NCBI GenBank assembly: GCA_964579625.1 | Contig: CAZOGU010000003.1 | Coordinates: forward strand, 4,995 to 68,994 | DNA: 64,000 bases | Source: an uncultured Pseudobdellovibrionaceae bacterium | GTDB lineage: Bacteria; Bdellovibrionota; Bdellovibrionia; Bdellovibrionales; JAGQZY01 | Reading direction: 5' to 3' | In this document: positions 45,332 through 55,863 of the stretch, in pieces | Numbering within the stretch: position 1 is the stretch's first letter | How the letters are laid out: each line of letters starts with the position of its first letter | Notes under the pieces: generated by a model | Seen by the model: the letters and a program-made list of their open reading frames with translations, nothing else | Told to the model about the DNA's origin: nothing | The model's database searches: none | Position numbers and translations under genes: made by a program

Positions 45332-46489
45332 ATGAAAAATTATCTCTTTACCAGCGAATCTGTATCCGAAGGCCACCCCGATAAAATGGCCGATCAAATC
45401 AGCGATGGCATTCTTGACGAAATTCTCCGCCAAGATCCAAAAGGCCGCGTGGCCGCTGAAACCCTTGTGACAACCGGCTTATGTGTAGTGGCTGGTGAGA
45501 TCACGACCAAAGCGAACTTCAGTGTCCCCGAGATCGCTCGCAAAGTGATTAAAGAAATTGGTTACGATAGCAGCGACAAAGGCTTTGACTACAAAACCTG
45601 CGCTGTGGTCACCACGCTCGACAAACAGAGCCCTGATATTGCCATGGGCGTTGATGATGGCGCACAAAAAGAACAAGGCGCCGGCGATCAAGGAATCATG
45701 TTTGGCTACGCCATTAACGAAACGACTGAAGCGATGCCACTCACGATTTCCCTCTCTCATAAATTGATGCAAAATTTAGCAGCCATGCGAAAGCAAAACA
45801 AAGTCAATTTTTTACGCCCAGATAGCAAAAGCCAAGTCACTGTGGAATACGTTGATGGCAAAGCAAAACGAGTGGATGCCGTTGTGATCTCCACTCAGCA
45901 TTCCGAAGAAGTGAGCCACGCCACGCTCAAAGAATTTATTATGGATCAAGTGATCCCCGAGAGCATTCCAAGCCAGTGGCTGGACAAAAACACAAAATAC
46001 TTTATCAATCCAACAGGTCGTTTTGTGATCGGCGGTCCTCAGGGCGATTGCGGATTAACAGGACGAAAAATTATCGTTGATACTTACGGCGGCCATGGAG
46101 CCCACGGTGGTGGTGCATTTTCGGGCAAAGACCCTTCGAAGGTGGATCGCTCGGCGGCCTATGCAGCTCGTCATATTGCAAAGAACATTGTCTCTGCTGG
46201 TTTAGCGGAAAAGTGTTTGGTTCAATTGGCCTACGCCATTGGCGTCGCAGAGCCTGTCAGCGTGATGGTGAATGATTACGGAACAAGCAAAGTGGGTTCG
46301 GAAAAGCTATCTGCGGCCGTAAAAGCGATCTGGGGATTAAAGCCAGCGCAAATCACCGAGCAGTTTGATCTTTTAAAACCTCGCTACAGCAAAACTGCTG
46401 CCTATGGTCATTTTGGTCGCACCGAAGAGAGCTTTACTTGGGAAAAATTAAATAAAGTCGACGCTCTCAAAGATTACTTTTCTCGATAG
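45332..46489 (+). CDS. metK: S-adenosylmethionine synthase
   Basis: [37 protein letters not shown] and [16 protein letters not shown]. Confidence 0.96.
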   Translation: MKNYLFTSESVSEGHPDKMADQISDGILDEILRQDPKGRVAAETLVTTGLCVVAGEITTKANFSVPEIARKVIKEIGYDSSDKGFDYKTCAVVTTLDKQSPDIAMGVDDGAQKEQGAGDQGIMFGYAINETTEAMPLTISLSHKLMQNLAAMRKQNKVNFLRPDSKSQVTVEYVDGKAKRVDAVVISTQHSEEVSHATLKEFIMDQVIPESIPSQWLDKNTKYFINPTGRFVIGGPQGDCGLTGRKIIVDTYGGHGAHGGGAFSGKDPSKVDRSAAYAARHIAKNIVSAGLAEKCLVQLAYAIGVAEPVSVMVNDYGTSKVGSEKLSAAVKAIWGLKPAQITEQFDLLKPRYSKTAAYGHFGRTEESFTWEKLNKVDALKDYFSR

Positions 46490-46536
46490 ATCTTTATTGT
46501 CCCACCCATTGAATCCGTGTATTTTCGGTGGTTCCC

Positions 46537-48336
46537 ATGGAATCATCGAAAATTCGTAACTTTTCTATTATTGCTCACATTGATCACGGAAAATCCACAT
46601 TGGCTGATGGATTGATCCAAGCCACTGGTGCGCTCTCGGATCGTGAAATGAAGGAGCAAGTTCTCGATAGCATGGACATCGAGCGCGAGCGTGGAATCAC
46701 CATCAAAGCGCAAACTGTGCGCCTCAATTACAAAGCGTCCGATGGACAAATTTACCAAATGAATTTGATCGACACTCCCGGGCACGTGGATTTTAGTTAC
46801 GAAGTGTCACGTTCGCTCGCTGCCTGCGAGGGCGCGATTCTTGTGGTGGACGCGGCCCAAGGTGTCGAAGCCCAAACACTGGCGAATGTGTATTTGGCTC
46901 TCGATAACAATCTCGAAATCATTCCTGTACTCAACAAAATCGATCTTCCTTCAGCAGATCCCGAGGGAGTTAAAACACAAATCGAAGATGGAATTGGCAT
47001 CGATTGCTCCGAGATCATTCACGCCAGTGCCAAAACGCGCGTGGGAATCACGGACATTCTTGAAGCCGTTGTTAAAAAAATCCCAGCGCCCAAGGGCGAA
47101 AGCACGGCTCCGCTTCGTGCTTTGGTTTTTGATTCTTGGTTTGATATTTATCAAGGTGTCGTCGTGCTCTGTCGGATCGTTGATGGCACCATTCGCAAAG
47201 GTGAGCGGATTCAATTTATGTCCAATGACGCCCAATTCGAGGTGCTCAAATTGGGTTACTTCACGCCTGCTGCCATCGAGCTTTCGGAACTTTCGGCGGG
47301 CGAAGTAGGTTACTTTATCTGCGGGATTAAAAGTATTAAAGACGTCTCAGTTGGTGACACCATAACGAGCGCTAAAAAACCCGCGACAGAACCGCTTGCC
47401 GGTTTTCAAAAAGTAAAACCCATGGTCTTTGCGGGAATTTACCCAGTGGATTCCACGGATTATAAAAACCTCGAAGTGGCTCTCGAAAAACTCACGCTCA
47501 ACGATTCCAGTCTGACCTACGAAACGGAATCCTCTGCGGCTTTAGGTTTTGGATTTCGCTGTGGCTTTTTAGGTCTTTTGCATATGGAGATTGTGCAAGA
47601 GCGCTTGGAGCGCGAGTTCAACCTCAACCTGATCACGACAGCTCCAACGGTTGTGTACCGTGTCTTTCTTAATACGGGCGAACAATTGGAACTCGAAAAT
47701 CCAACAGATCTTCCAGATCCCACCCGAATAGCAAAGCTCGAAGAACCCTGTGTCAAAATCACTTTGCACACACCCGCCGAATTTATCGGTTCCATCATGA
47801 AGTTGTGTGAGGCCAAACGGGGCTCGCAAATCAGTCTTGATTATCTCACCGAAAAAAAGGTGATGCTCAATTACAAGCTTCCGATGAACGAAATGGTGAT
47901 CGATTTTTACGACAAACTCAAAACCATCACGCGTGGTTATGCCTCGATGGAATATGAGATCATCGGCTACGAAGAGGCTGACCTGGTAAAACTAGATATT
48001 ATGATCAACGGCGATGCCATTGACGCTTTATCGTTGATTGTTCATAAAAGTCAGGCGCAAAATAAAGGACGGTCCTTGTGTGCAAAGATGAAAGAGCTGA
48101 TTCCCAGACAGCAGTTTCAAATTGCCATCCAGGCGGCCATTGGTGCAAAAATTGTCGCACGTGAGACAATCAGTGCGATCAGAAAAGATGTGACAGCAAA
48201 GTGTTATGGAGGAGATATTTCTCGAAAAAGAAAGCTTCTCGATAAGCAAAAAGAGGGCAAAAAGCGCATGAAGCAAATTGGTACGGTCGATGTGCCACAA
48301 GAGGCTTTTTTAGCGATTTTAAAAGTGGAGGATTAG
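46537..48336 (+). CDS. lepA: Elongation factor 4
   Basis: [32 protein letters not shown] and the C-terminal LepA-specific region. Confidence 0.96.
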   Translation: MESSKIRNFSIIAHIDHGKSTLADGLIQATGALSDREMKEQVLDSMDIERERGITIKAQTVRLNYKASDGQIYQMNLIDTPGHVDFSYEVSRSLAACEGAILVVDAAQGVEAQTLANVYLALDNNLEIIPVLNKIDLPSADPEGVKTQIEDGIGIDCSEIIHASAKTRVGITDILEAVVKKIPAPKGESTAPLRALVFDSWFDIYQGVVVLCRIVDGTIRKGERIQFMSNDAQFEVLKLGYFTPAAIELSELSAGEVGYFICGIKSIKDVSVGDTITSAKKPATEPLAGFQKVKPMVFAGIYPVDSTDYKNLEVALEKLTLNDSSLTYETESSAALGFGFRCGFLGLLHMEIVQERLEREFNLNLITTAPTVVYRVFLNTGEQLELENPTDLPDPTRIAKLEEPCVKITLHTPAEFIGSIMKLCEAKRGSQISLDYLTEKKVMLNYKLPMNEMVIDFYDKLKTITRGYASMEYEIIGYEEADLVKLDIMINGDAIDALSLIVHKSQAQNKGRSLCAKMKELIPRQQFQIAIQAAIGAKIVARETISAIRKDVTAKCYGGDISRKRKLLDKQKEGKKRMKQIGTVDVPQEAFLAILKVED

Positions 48337-49101
48337 ATGTGGACGAAAAAGTTTTGGACTGAAGGGGCGGGTTCGTATTTTTTAGCGATTCTTCTCGCTT
48401 TGACCATTCGTTGGGGATTTATGGAAGCCTATGTGATTCCCACAGGGAGCATGCTTCCGAGCCTTTTGATTCGCGATCATATTTTTGTGAACAAATTCGT
48501 CTACGGACTGCGTGTTCCCTTTAGCGAAAGTTGGTTGACCAAGTTTCGCATGCCCAGTCGCGGAGAAGTGATTGTTTTTAAAAAGCCCGAAGATAAATCC
48601 ATCTTTTTTATCAAACGTGTGGTCGGGTTACCTGGTGATTCGGTGGCTTTTAAAGAAGGCAAAATCTATATCAACGACGAAGTCGTGGGTTTGGTGAAAC
48701 CCGAAGAGTCTGGTGATTTGGCCAAAGCCAACCAGAATTACTCGTGGTTGCGCGACCGTGATTTTCAAGAAGGCGGATCTGTGGATGCCGTAAACGATTA
48801 TGAACACTGGCGTGAAAAATTAGGACCGGTGGAGCATGATGTTTTACTTCGCAAAGGCCGAGCCCAAGAAGAAGCTCCCTTTGGCCCTGTCACTGTGCCT
48901 CCGAATTCTCTCTTTGTGATGGGTGACAACCGTCACCGCTCGCACGATTCTCGCGGCTGGGGTTTTGTTCCCGAGGAAAATATTTTAGGCCGCGCGATGT
49001 TTGTGTGGTTGTCTTGCGAAGAGGTCTTTGCGTCTCTGCCGATTCCGCTTTGTAAACCCACAACGATTCGTTGGGGTCGATTTTTTCATTGGGTGGAATA
49101 A
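48337..49101 (+). CDS. lepB: Signal peptidase I (copy 1)
   Basis: Catalytic-Ser box PTGSMLPSL, KRVVGLPGD and GDNRHRSHDSRGWGFVP. Confidence 0.9.
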   Translation: MWTKKFWTEGAGSYFLAILLALTIRWGFMEAYVIPTGSMLPSLLIRDHIFVNKFVYGLRVPFSESWLTKFRMPSRGEVIVFKKPEDKSIFFIKRVVGLPGDSVAFKEGKIYINDEVVGLVKPEESGDLAKANQNYSWLRDRDFQEGGSVDAVNDYEHWREKLGPVEHDVLLRKGRAQEEAPFGPVTVPPNSLFVMGDNRHRSHDSRGWGFVPEENILGRAMFVWLSCEEVFASLPIPLCKPTTIRWGRFFHWVE

Positions 49102-49799
49102 TGAAAACAAATTTGCAGGGTCGATGGTCACAAGTGGCAAAAGATTTTTTTCTTGTTGTCCTTGTGGTTTGCACTCTGCGCTGGGCTCTGGGTGAGCCCT
49201 TTTTAGTTCCGTCCGGGAGCATGATCCCCACGCTTTTAATTAAAGATTACATTTTGGTGTCCAAATTTTCGTATGGTCTGCGCATTCCATTTACGAAAAC
49301 CTGGCTGTGGGGCCCACGCCTACCCACTCGTGGTGACGTGGTGGTGTTTCGCTCCAAAGAAGACAATTATTATTTTATGGTGAAGAGAGTGGTGGGTTTG
49401 CCGGGGGATACCATCGTGGTGGGCCGAGCGGGTCAGCGTCTGCTGATTAATGGCCAGGAGCAAAAACAAGTCGCAAAACCAGAGGCGGATGTCGATGGCG
49501 CATTGCTTTGGATGGAAACCTTGGGCGAGCGCGAACATATTGTTCGCTATGATCCCGACGAGGACTGGCAGCAGGAACAAGAGCGCGAGTTTGTGGTTCC
49601 AGAGGGGCATATTTTTCTGATGGGCGACAATCGAGATCGATCTTCCGACAGCCGCATTTGGGGAGCCTTGCCGGTTGAAAATCTTTTAGGCAAGGCCCAA
49701 TTTATCTGGATGAGCTGTAAAGAAGAGGCACCGGCGGCGTCTGTCTTTTGTTTGGGCGAAGATATGCGCCAAGACCGTGTATTTACGAAAATAAGATAA
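49101..49799 (+). CDS. lepB: Signal peptidase I (copy 2, tandem paralogue)
   Basis: PSGSMIPTL, KRVVGLPGD and GDNRDRSSDSRIWGALP. TAATG overlap with copy 1. Confidence 0.88.
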   Translation: MKTNLQGRWSQVAKDFFLVVLVVCTLRWALGEPFLVPSGSMIPTLLIKDYILVSKFSYGLRIPFTKTWLWGPRLPTRGDVVVFRSKEDNYYFMVKRVVGLPGDTIVVGRAGQRLLINGQEQKQVAKPEADVDGALLWMETLGEREHIVRYDPDEDWQQEQEREFVVPEGHIFLMGDNRDRSSDSRIWGALPVENLLGKAQFIWMSCKEEAPAASVFCLGEDMRQDRVFTKIR

Positions 49800-49844
49800 C
49801 GATCCTTTGACAAGGTTCTGACCCCTAACTATGCTGTTTTTTTA

Positions 49845-50792
49845 ATGAGCTCCCCAGTCTTTTCGTTTCTCGAAACTGACGATCTTGCTCCCCAGGAGAT
49901 CGATGGCCTGTTTGCGCAGGCTCGAAACATTAAAAATGATTTTTTAAGCCGTCGAACTTTTTCTCAAAGCTCTTTTCAATCCCAAAAACTTCTACTGAGT
50001 TTATTATTTTTCGAACCCAGCACGCGAACTCGCGCGAGCTTCGAGATGGCAGCCCTTCGCATGGGATGGCAAACCACGTTTTTTGATGGGGCCTCCAAAG
50101 AGGGCTCAAGTCTTATCAAAGGCGAAACCTTCGAAGACACGTTTTGGACCTTGCATGCGATGGGTCCCAATCTGCTTGTGGTTCGCTGTGGAGATGAGCT
50201 TAAATTACGCCAACTGAGTGAGAAAGTAAAAATTCCTTTAATCAATGCCGGTTTTGGCACTCAATCTCACCCGACCCAAGCTCTGCTGGATGTCTTTACC
50301 ATGCTCGAATCCTTTGCAGATTTAAAATCAAAAAATATCCTTTTCGTCGGTGATGTCCGTCACAGTCGTGTGGCGCAATCCCACTTTAAACTACTTCCGC
50401 GGCTTGGGGCCAACGTGGGTGTTGTGGGACCTCAAGAATTCCTCAAAGGGGTTCCTGCCAGTGCACAAACCTTCACAGAACTGTCTGCGGCGTTACCATG
50501 GGCCGATGTGGTTGTGGGTTTACGCGTTCAGTTTGAGCGCCACGGCGAAAAGTCCACGTTTCTGCATGAAGAGTATATTCAAAAATATCAACTGACCGCG
50601 GCTCATAAAAAGTTTTTAAAACCATCGTCACTGCTGTTTCACCCCGGTCCGGTCAACTGGGGCTTGGAGTTTGATCCCAGCCTTCGTGAGCTTCCACAGT
50701 TTAAAATGTGGCAACAAAAACAAAATGGTGTTTATGTGAGAGCGGCTCTTCTCGACCTCGTCGCGCGAAAGAATGGGTATGGAAATGGATAA
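49845..50792 (+). CDS. pyrB: Aspartate carbamoyltransferase catalytic subunit
   Basis: FFEPSTRTRASFE, HPTQALLD and HPGP motifs. Confidence 0.92.
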   Translation: MSSPVFSFLETDDLAPQEIDGLFAQARNIKNDFLSRRTFSQSSFQSQKLLLSLLFFEPSTRTRASFEMAALRMGWQTTFFDGASKEGSSLIKGETFEDTFWTLHAMGPNLLVVRCGDELKLRQLSEKVKIPLINAGFGTQSHPTQALLDVFTMLESFADLKSKNILFVGDVRHSRVAQSHFKLLPRLGANVGVVGPQEFLKGVPASAQTFTELSAALPWADVVVGLRVQFERHGEKSTFLHEEYIQKYQLTAAHKKFLKPSSLLFHPGPVNWGLEFDPSLRELPQFKMWQQKQNGVYVRAALLDLVARKNGYGNG

Positions 50793-51855
50793 AGGTTATT
50801 TAATTCTCGAAGATGGCAAGACTTACCAAGGTGAATGGCTCGGTGGTCAATCCCGTGCAGGAGAAGTGATTTTTAACACCTCTCATAACGGCTACGAGGA
50901 GATTGCCACAGATCCTTCTTATTACGGGCAGATCATGGTGATGTGTGCACCGATGCAAGGCAACTACGGCGTGGATAAAGCTTTTTGGGAATCACAAAAT
51001 TTATGGATCGAAGGTTTTGTGGCACTCGATGTGTACAAGCATGATGATTCGTGGATTCGTCGCCTCAGTGATGCAGGAATTCCTCTTCTCAATGGAATCG
51101 ACACACGCGATTTGGTTCTGCACTTGCGTGACAAAGGCACAATGCTTGGGGCGCTCGTCAAAGCCGCCACTCTCGAAATGGCACAAGCTGAAGCAAAAAA
51201 ACTGATCGATAAGCACCTCAAGCTCGACAAAGACTGGGTTCATCATGTGTCCACGAAGCAGACCAAGGTTCTCAGCGGTGCCTCTTCCTCTGGCCCGCGT
51301 GTTGCGGTTTTGGATTATGGCTGTAAACAAAATATCATTCGCGAACTTTTAAAGCGCTGTCGGGAAGTGGCGATATTTCCATCTCGCTCCACTTACGAAG
51401 ACATTCAAAAATGGAATCCCGATGGACTTCTACTTTCCAACGGCCCTGGCGATCCCGCAGAGGTGCAAAAGACTGTGGACGTGGTGCAAAAGTTTTTAGG
51501 ACAAAAAGTAATCTTCGGTATTTGCATGGGTCATCAGATTTTGGCTCGTGCTTTGGGAGCTAAAACCTACCGTCTTAAGTTTGGTCATCACGGTGCCAAT
51601 CATCCTGTGAAAGATTTGCGAACCAACGAAATTTACGTAACCAGCCAAAACCATGGTTATGCCATTGAAGATCAATCGCTGCCTTCCGATGTGATCGTGA
51701 GTCATAAAAACCTCAACGATCAAACCATTTCAGGAATTTATTATAAAAATAAAAAATGCTTCAGTGTTCAGTTTCACCCCGAGTGTTATCCGGGGCCACG
51801 GGATGCCGGGGTTTTATTTGATGAGTACATCGATTGGATTCAACATGCATTATGA
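50785..51855 (+). CDS. carA: Carbamoyl-phosphate synthase small (glutaminase) subunit
   Basis: MDKGYLILEDGKTYQG, GICMGHQIL (catalytic Cys) and QFHPE. Confidence 0.93.
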   Translation: MDKGYLILEDGKTYQGEWLGGQSRAGEVIFNTSHNGYEEIATDPSYYGQIMVMCAPMQGNYGVDKAFWESQNLWIEGFVALDVYKHDDSWIRRLSDAGIPLLNGIDTRDLVLHLRDKGTMLGALVKAATLEMAQAEAKKLIDKHLKLDKDWVHHVSTKQTKVLSGASSSGPRVAVLDYGCKQNIIRELLKRCREVAIFPSRSTYEDIQKWNPDGLLLSNGPGDPAEVQKTVDVVQKFLGQKVIFGICMGHQILARALGAKTYRLKFGHHGANHPVKDLRTNEIYVTSQNHGYAIEDQSLPSDVIVSHKNLNDQTISGIYYKNKKCFSVQFHPECYPGPRDAGVLFDEYIDWIQHAL

Positions 51856-52489
51856 TCAATTCCTAGAAAAACTCACCGAGTATTTTTCCTCCTCCAAATA
51901 TCAAAAAGAGGTGGTGAAGGCCAAGGAGCAATTTTTTGGCGACATCGGCGTCAGCGAAACAGACACCTCTGATTTTGAACGTCACCTGACACTTTTTTTT
52001 GATTGGTATTTACTCACGCGACCGCTCCAGGGAACACTTTTAACTCCCGCCAAGATGGCACTCAATCTCGAAGGTTTCGAAATGTCGCAAGACAGTCGAC
52101 CGTTTTACGAGGGTTTGGCCGGCGCACGATTTGCACTTTTTGAATATATCAAATCCAAGGGGCAGGATCACTACGCCAAAAACTTATTTACCGGTGAAAA
52201 AGTGGTCGTTAAAAAATCCTCGGTTCATTTTTTGATTCCCAAGGGCACCATTTTTAGCACTCACTATGTGAGTGACAAACAAAATAACTTTTTTACCAGT
52301 GGACTTGTTTGTCATCCGCTCGAAACGCGCAAGTTTATTTTAGAACAAGCCAAAAAAGCTCAAAAGGTTTCTTACGAGGAGCAAGTCGCTTTGATTTACA
52401 GTTTAACGCGAATGTATTTTAAATTGGATCGTTATCCGCATGTAACGCATCAACAGATTTACAGCCTGAATAGCGCTGTGAGGTTTTAA
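51845..52489 (+). CDS. Hypothetical protein inserted between carA and carB
   Basis: 214-aa ORF starting [10 protein letters not shown]. It overlaps the carA stop by 11 nt and shares a TAATG junction with carB. No recognisable motif. Confidence 0.6.
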   Translation: MHYDQFLEKLTEYFSSSKYQKEVVKAKEQFFGDIGVSETDTSDFERHLTLFFDWYLLTRPLQGTLLTPAKMALNLEGFEMSQDSRPFYEGLAGARFALFEYIKSKGQDHYAKNLFTGEKVVVKKSSVHFLIPKGTIFSTHYVSDKQNNFFTSGLVCHPLETRKFILEQAKKAQKVSYEEQVALIYSLTRMYFKLDRYPHVTHQQIYSLNSAVRF

Positions 52490-55400
52490 TGGCACTGAAC
52501 CCAAAGTACAAAAAAGTTTTAATTCTTGGTAGTGGGCCCATTGTGATTGGCCAAGCCTGTGAGTTCGACTACTCGGGAACACAGGCCTGCAAAGCTTTGC
52601 GCAGTTTGGGAATCGAAGTGGTTTTAATCAATTCAAATCCAGCCACAATCATGACAGACCCCGATGTGGCCAACAAAGTCTACATCGAGCCGCTGAAAGT
52701 TGCTTTTGTCGAAAAAATTCTCGAGAAAGAAAAGCCAGACGCCCTGATTCCCACCTTGGGTGGGCAGACCGCTCTCAACTTAGGGCTCGAATTATCGTCA
52801 GCAGGTGTTCTAAAGCGTTTAGGCATCGAGATGATCGGTGCCACCGCCGAAGTGATTCGCGCGGCTGAAGATCGCGAACAGTTTCGTCAAATTTTAAAAA
52901 ATCTAGGTGCTAAATATCCAAAGAGTGAAATGGTGCGAAACCTCAAAGAAGGTCTCGACGCTGCAAAAGTGATCGGCTTTCCAATTATTCTACGTCCCAA
53001 TTACACGCTGGGCGGCGGTGGTGGTGGTATTGCCTATTCTTTGGAAGAGTACGAACGCATGATCGCGAAAGCTCTCAGCGAAAGTCCTACGTCCGAAGTT
53101 TTGGTCGAAGAGAGTATTCTCGGCTGGAAAGAATTTGAGCTCGAAGTGATGCGCGATAGTAAGGGCGTTTTTGTCACCATCTGCAGTATCGAAAATCTCG
53201 ATCCATGCGGAGTGCATACGGGCGATAGTATTACAATTGCACCCCAACAAACTCTCTCCGAGCGAGCGTATCAAGATATGCGCGACGAAGCTCGAAAAAT
53301 TCTCGATGCCGTGGGGCTCGAGTGCGGCGGCGCAAACATTCAGTTTGCCGTGCATCCAGACAGCGGGAAAAGAGTGGTTATCGAAATGAATCCTCGAGTG
53401 AGTCGTTCCTCGGCACTGGCGAGCAAGGCCACGGGATTTCCTATTGCCAAAATTGCAGCGATGTTGGCGGTGGGTTTTACATTGGAAGAGATCACAAACG
53501 ACGTTACAAAATCGACGCCCTCTTGTTACGAGCCGGCTCTCGACTATGTTGTTACCAAAATTCCACGTTTTGCTTTCGAAAAGTTTAGTGGTTCAAAAGA
53601 TCTCCTCTCTACGCAAATGAAGAGCGTCGGTGAGGTGATGAGTATTGGTCGAACGTTTAAGGAATCCCTGCAAAAAGCCATCGTCTCCATGGAGATGCAT
53701 GCCGGCCTCGAAGAGGTTAATTTTCTTCCCGAGAAATTATCTTATCCCAATTCGCAAAGACTCTTCCATCTTGCGCAAGCCTTCCGTCAGGGCTTAACTA
53801 TCGATCAAGTTTACGAACTCACTCAGATCAATCGCTGGTTTCTCCATCAGATCCATGATTTGATCGATCTCGAAAAACAAATTATTCAAAAAAATTCTTT
53901 GGATGCAGATTTTTTACTCGTTCTTAAAAAGAATGGCTTTTCGGACTTACGAATTGCTCAACTTCTTAAAACGTCGGAACTTGCAATTCGCGAAAAACGC
54001 CAGACATGGAAAATCCATCCGGGTTTTTACCAAGTGGATACTTGCGCTGGAGAATTTGAATCCAAAACGCCTTATTACTACTCAACGTATTGGACCACTC
54101 ATCGTCCACAAATAAAAGCCGCAAAAAGTCCCATCATGATTTTGGGAAGCGGACCCAATCGCATTGGCCAAGGGATTGAGTTTGATTACTGTTGCGTACG
54201 AGGTGTTAAAGCCTTTCAAAAAAATGGTTATCCGGTCGCCATGGTGAATTCCAACCCCGAAACTGTTTCAACAGATTATGACACCAGTGACTTCTTGTTC
54301 TTTGAACCTTTAGTGCCTGAATATCTTCTCGAGATTGCTTCGCTCATCCAGCCGCAAGGTGTGGTTGTACAGCTCGGCGGTCAAACTCCAATCAATGTGG
54401 CAAAAGACTTACAAGCAGCGGGATTGCATTTGATGGGATCATCGCTGAACACGATTGATTTGGCAGAAGATCGTTCGCGCTTTAAAAAAGTGTGTGACGA
54501 ACTGGGCTTGCAAGTGCCACAGGCTGGTGTGGCCTCGGATGTATCTATGGCGCTCAAAGTGGCGCAAGAAATTGGCTATCCCATTATTTGTCGTCCAAGT
54601 TATGTTCTCGGTGGACGTCGCATGGAAGTGATCGAAAACAATGAGGAGCTCGCCGAGTACTTTCAAAAACATGCGCCCGTGATTTCGCCCTCCGCTCCGT
54701 GTTTTATGGATCAATTTCTCGAAGGAGCTCTCGAAGTCGATGTTGATGTTGTTCGTGGAGTGGATTGGTGTTTTGTGGGCGGTGTGATTGAACACATCGA
54801 AGCCGCTGGGGTTCACTCGGGTGACAGTATGGGTGTCATTCCTCCGCAGCGTCTCAAAGGTGCTGTTCTTGATAGCATCGAAGAGGTTTGCAAAAAATTA
54901 GCGAACAAATTAGAAGTTCTCGGTCATATGAATGCGCAGCTCGCACTCAAAGACAATGTGATCTACGTTCTTGAAGCCAATCCGCGATGCTCGCGCACAG
55001 TCCCGTTTGTGGCCAAAGCAGCTCGTTTGCCGCTTGTGGATCTTGGCGTCCAAGCTGTATTGGGTGTGAAGAAAAGCGAAATCAATCTCGAAGCCTACAA
55101 TTACAGAACGATCCAACAAGTGTGTGTGAAGGGCGTGGTATTCCCTTTTAATAAGTTTACAGATTCCGATTCGATTTTAGGGCCGGAGATGAAATCCACC
55201 GGTGAGAGCATGGGTCGCGGTGCTGACTACGGCGAAGCGCTGTGGAAAGCCTTTATTTCGAGCCATCATCGGCTCTCGCAAAGTGGGGAGATTTTTCTTT
55301 CCCTGCGTGAAAAAGACAAAGAGGCGTTGTTGCCTGTGATTCAAGGTCTTCAGAGCTTGGGCTACACCTTTTCGGCAACGCTTGGCACTGCTAAATTTTT

Positions 55401-55662
55401 ATTCGAAAAAGGCATTGATTGCATCCCAGTTAAAAAAGTTCACGAAGGTCGCCCGCATTGCGTGGATCGCATTCGCTCGGGAAAAGTAGCCATGGTGATC
55501 AATACAACATCGGGCCGTCTCTCGATCGATGCCAGCTTTCAAATCCGTCGCAGTTGCACAGACTACGGAGTTCCGTGCATCACAGAGGATCATGCCGCCG
55601 AAGCGTTGTTGTTGGCTTTACGAAAATTGCACACCGGTCAATTCGGAGTCATTGCAATCTAG
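52489..55662 (+). CDS. carB: Carbamoyl-phosphate synthase large subunit
   Basis: 1057 aa with duplicated ATP-grasp halves ([19 protein letters not shown] and [18 protein letters not shown]) and a C-terminal MGS-like domain. Confidence 0.97.
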   Translation: MALNPKYKKVLILGSGPIVIGQACEFDYSGTQACKALRSLGIEVVLINSNPATIMTDPDVANKVYIEPLKVAFVEKILEKEKPDALIPTLGGQTALNLGLELSSAGVLKRLGIEMIGATAEVIRAAEDREQFRQILKNLGAKYPKSEMVRNLKEGLDAAKVIGFPIILRPNYTLGGGGGGIAYSLEEYERMIAKALSESPTSEVLVEESILGWKEFELEVMRDSKGVFVTICSIENLDPCGVHTGDSITIAPQQTLSERAYQDMRDEARKILDAVGLECGGANIQFAVHPDSGKRVVIEMNPRVSRSSALASKATGFPIAKIAAMLAVGFTLEEITNDVTKSTPSCYEPALDYVVTKIPRFAFEKFSGSKDLLSTQMKSVGEVMSIGRTFKESLQKAIVSMEMHAGLEEVNFLPEKLSYPNSQRLFHLAQAFRQGLTIDQVYELTQINRWFLHQIHDLIDLEKQIIQKNSLDADFLLVLKKNGFSDLRIAQLLKTSELAIREKRQTWKIHPGFYQVDTCAGEFESKTPYYYSTYWTTHRPQIKAAKSPIMILGSGPNRIGQGIEFDYCCVRGVKAFQKNGYPVAMVNSNPETVSTDYDTSDFLFFEPLVPEYLLEIASLIQPQGVVVQLGGQTPINVAKDLQAAGLHLMGSSLNTIDLAEDRSRFKKVCDELGLQVPQAGVASDVSMALKVAQEIGYPIICRPSYVLGGRRMEVIENNEELAEYFQKHAPVISPSAPCFMDQFLEGALEVDVDVVRGVDWCFVGGVIEHIEAAGVHSGDSMGVIPPQRLKGAVLDSIEEVCKKLANKLEVLGHMNAQLALKDNVIYVLEANPRCSRTVPFVAKAARLPLVDLGVQAVLGVKKSEINLEAYNYRTIQQVCVKGVVFPFNKFTDSDSILGPEMKSTGESMGRGADYGEALWKAFISSHHRLSQSGEIFLSLREKDKEALLPVIQGLQSLGYTFSATLGTAKFLFEKGIDCIPVKKVHEGRPHCVDRIRSGKVAMVINTTSGRLSIDASFQIRRSCTDYGVPCITEDHAAEALLLALRKLHTGQFGVIAI

Positions 55663-55825
55663 TATTCCAACCAGTTATTCTTTTCCCCTTGAACTCAGTC
55701 TTTTTTCCAAAATTCAATTTGCTCCTCCTTGAATTGGCTTTGGGCCAGTCCTTCGTCGTCACGCATTGAATTTTGGAAAAAATCCTATCGTTCAAGGGGA
55801 AAAGAATAACTGGTTGGAATACTAG
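55659..55825. repeat. Nested palindrome: 36-bp outer stem, 18-bp inner stem, 46-nt apical region
   Basis: 55659-55694 is the exact reverse complement of 55790-55825. 55701-55718 is the exact reverse complement of 55765-55782. The carB TAG stop (55660-55662) lies inside the left arm. Confidence 0.95.
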
Positions 55826-55863
55826 GACTTGATTTCAAGCTCTGACATCTTTAGACTTTTGAT

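Noticed and set aside
46841-47308. 155-aa alternative-frame ORF inside lepA, and similar internal ORFs (16789-17283, 44472-44921, 52990-53355, 54439-54816).
   Set aside because: All are embedded in strongly supported CDSs on the same or opposite strand. They lack motifs and RBSs.
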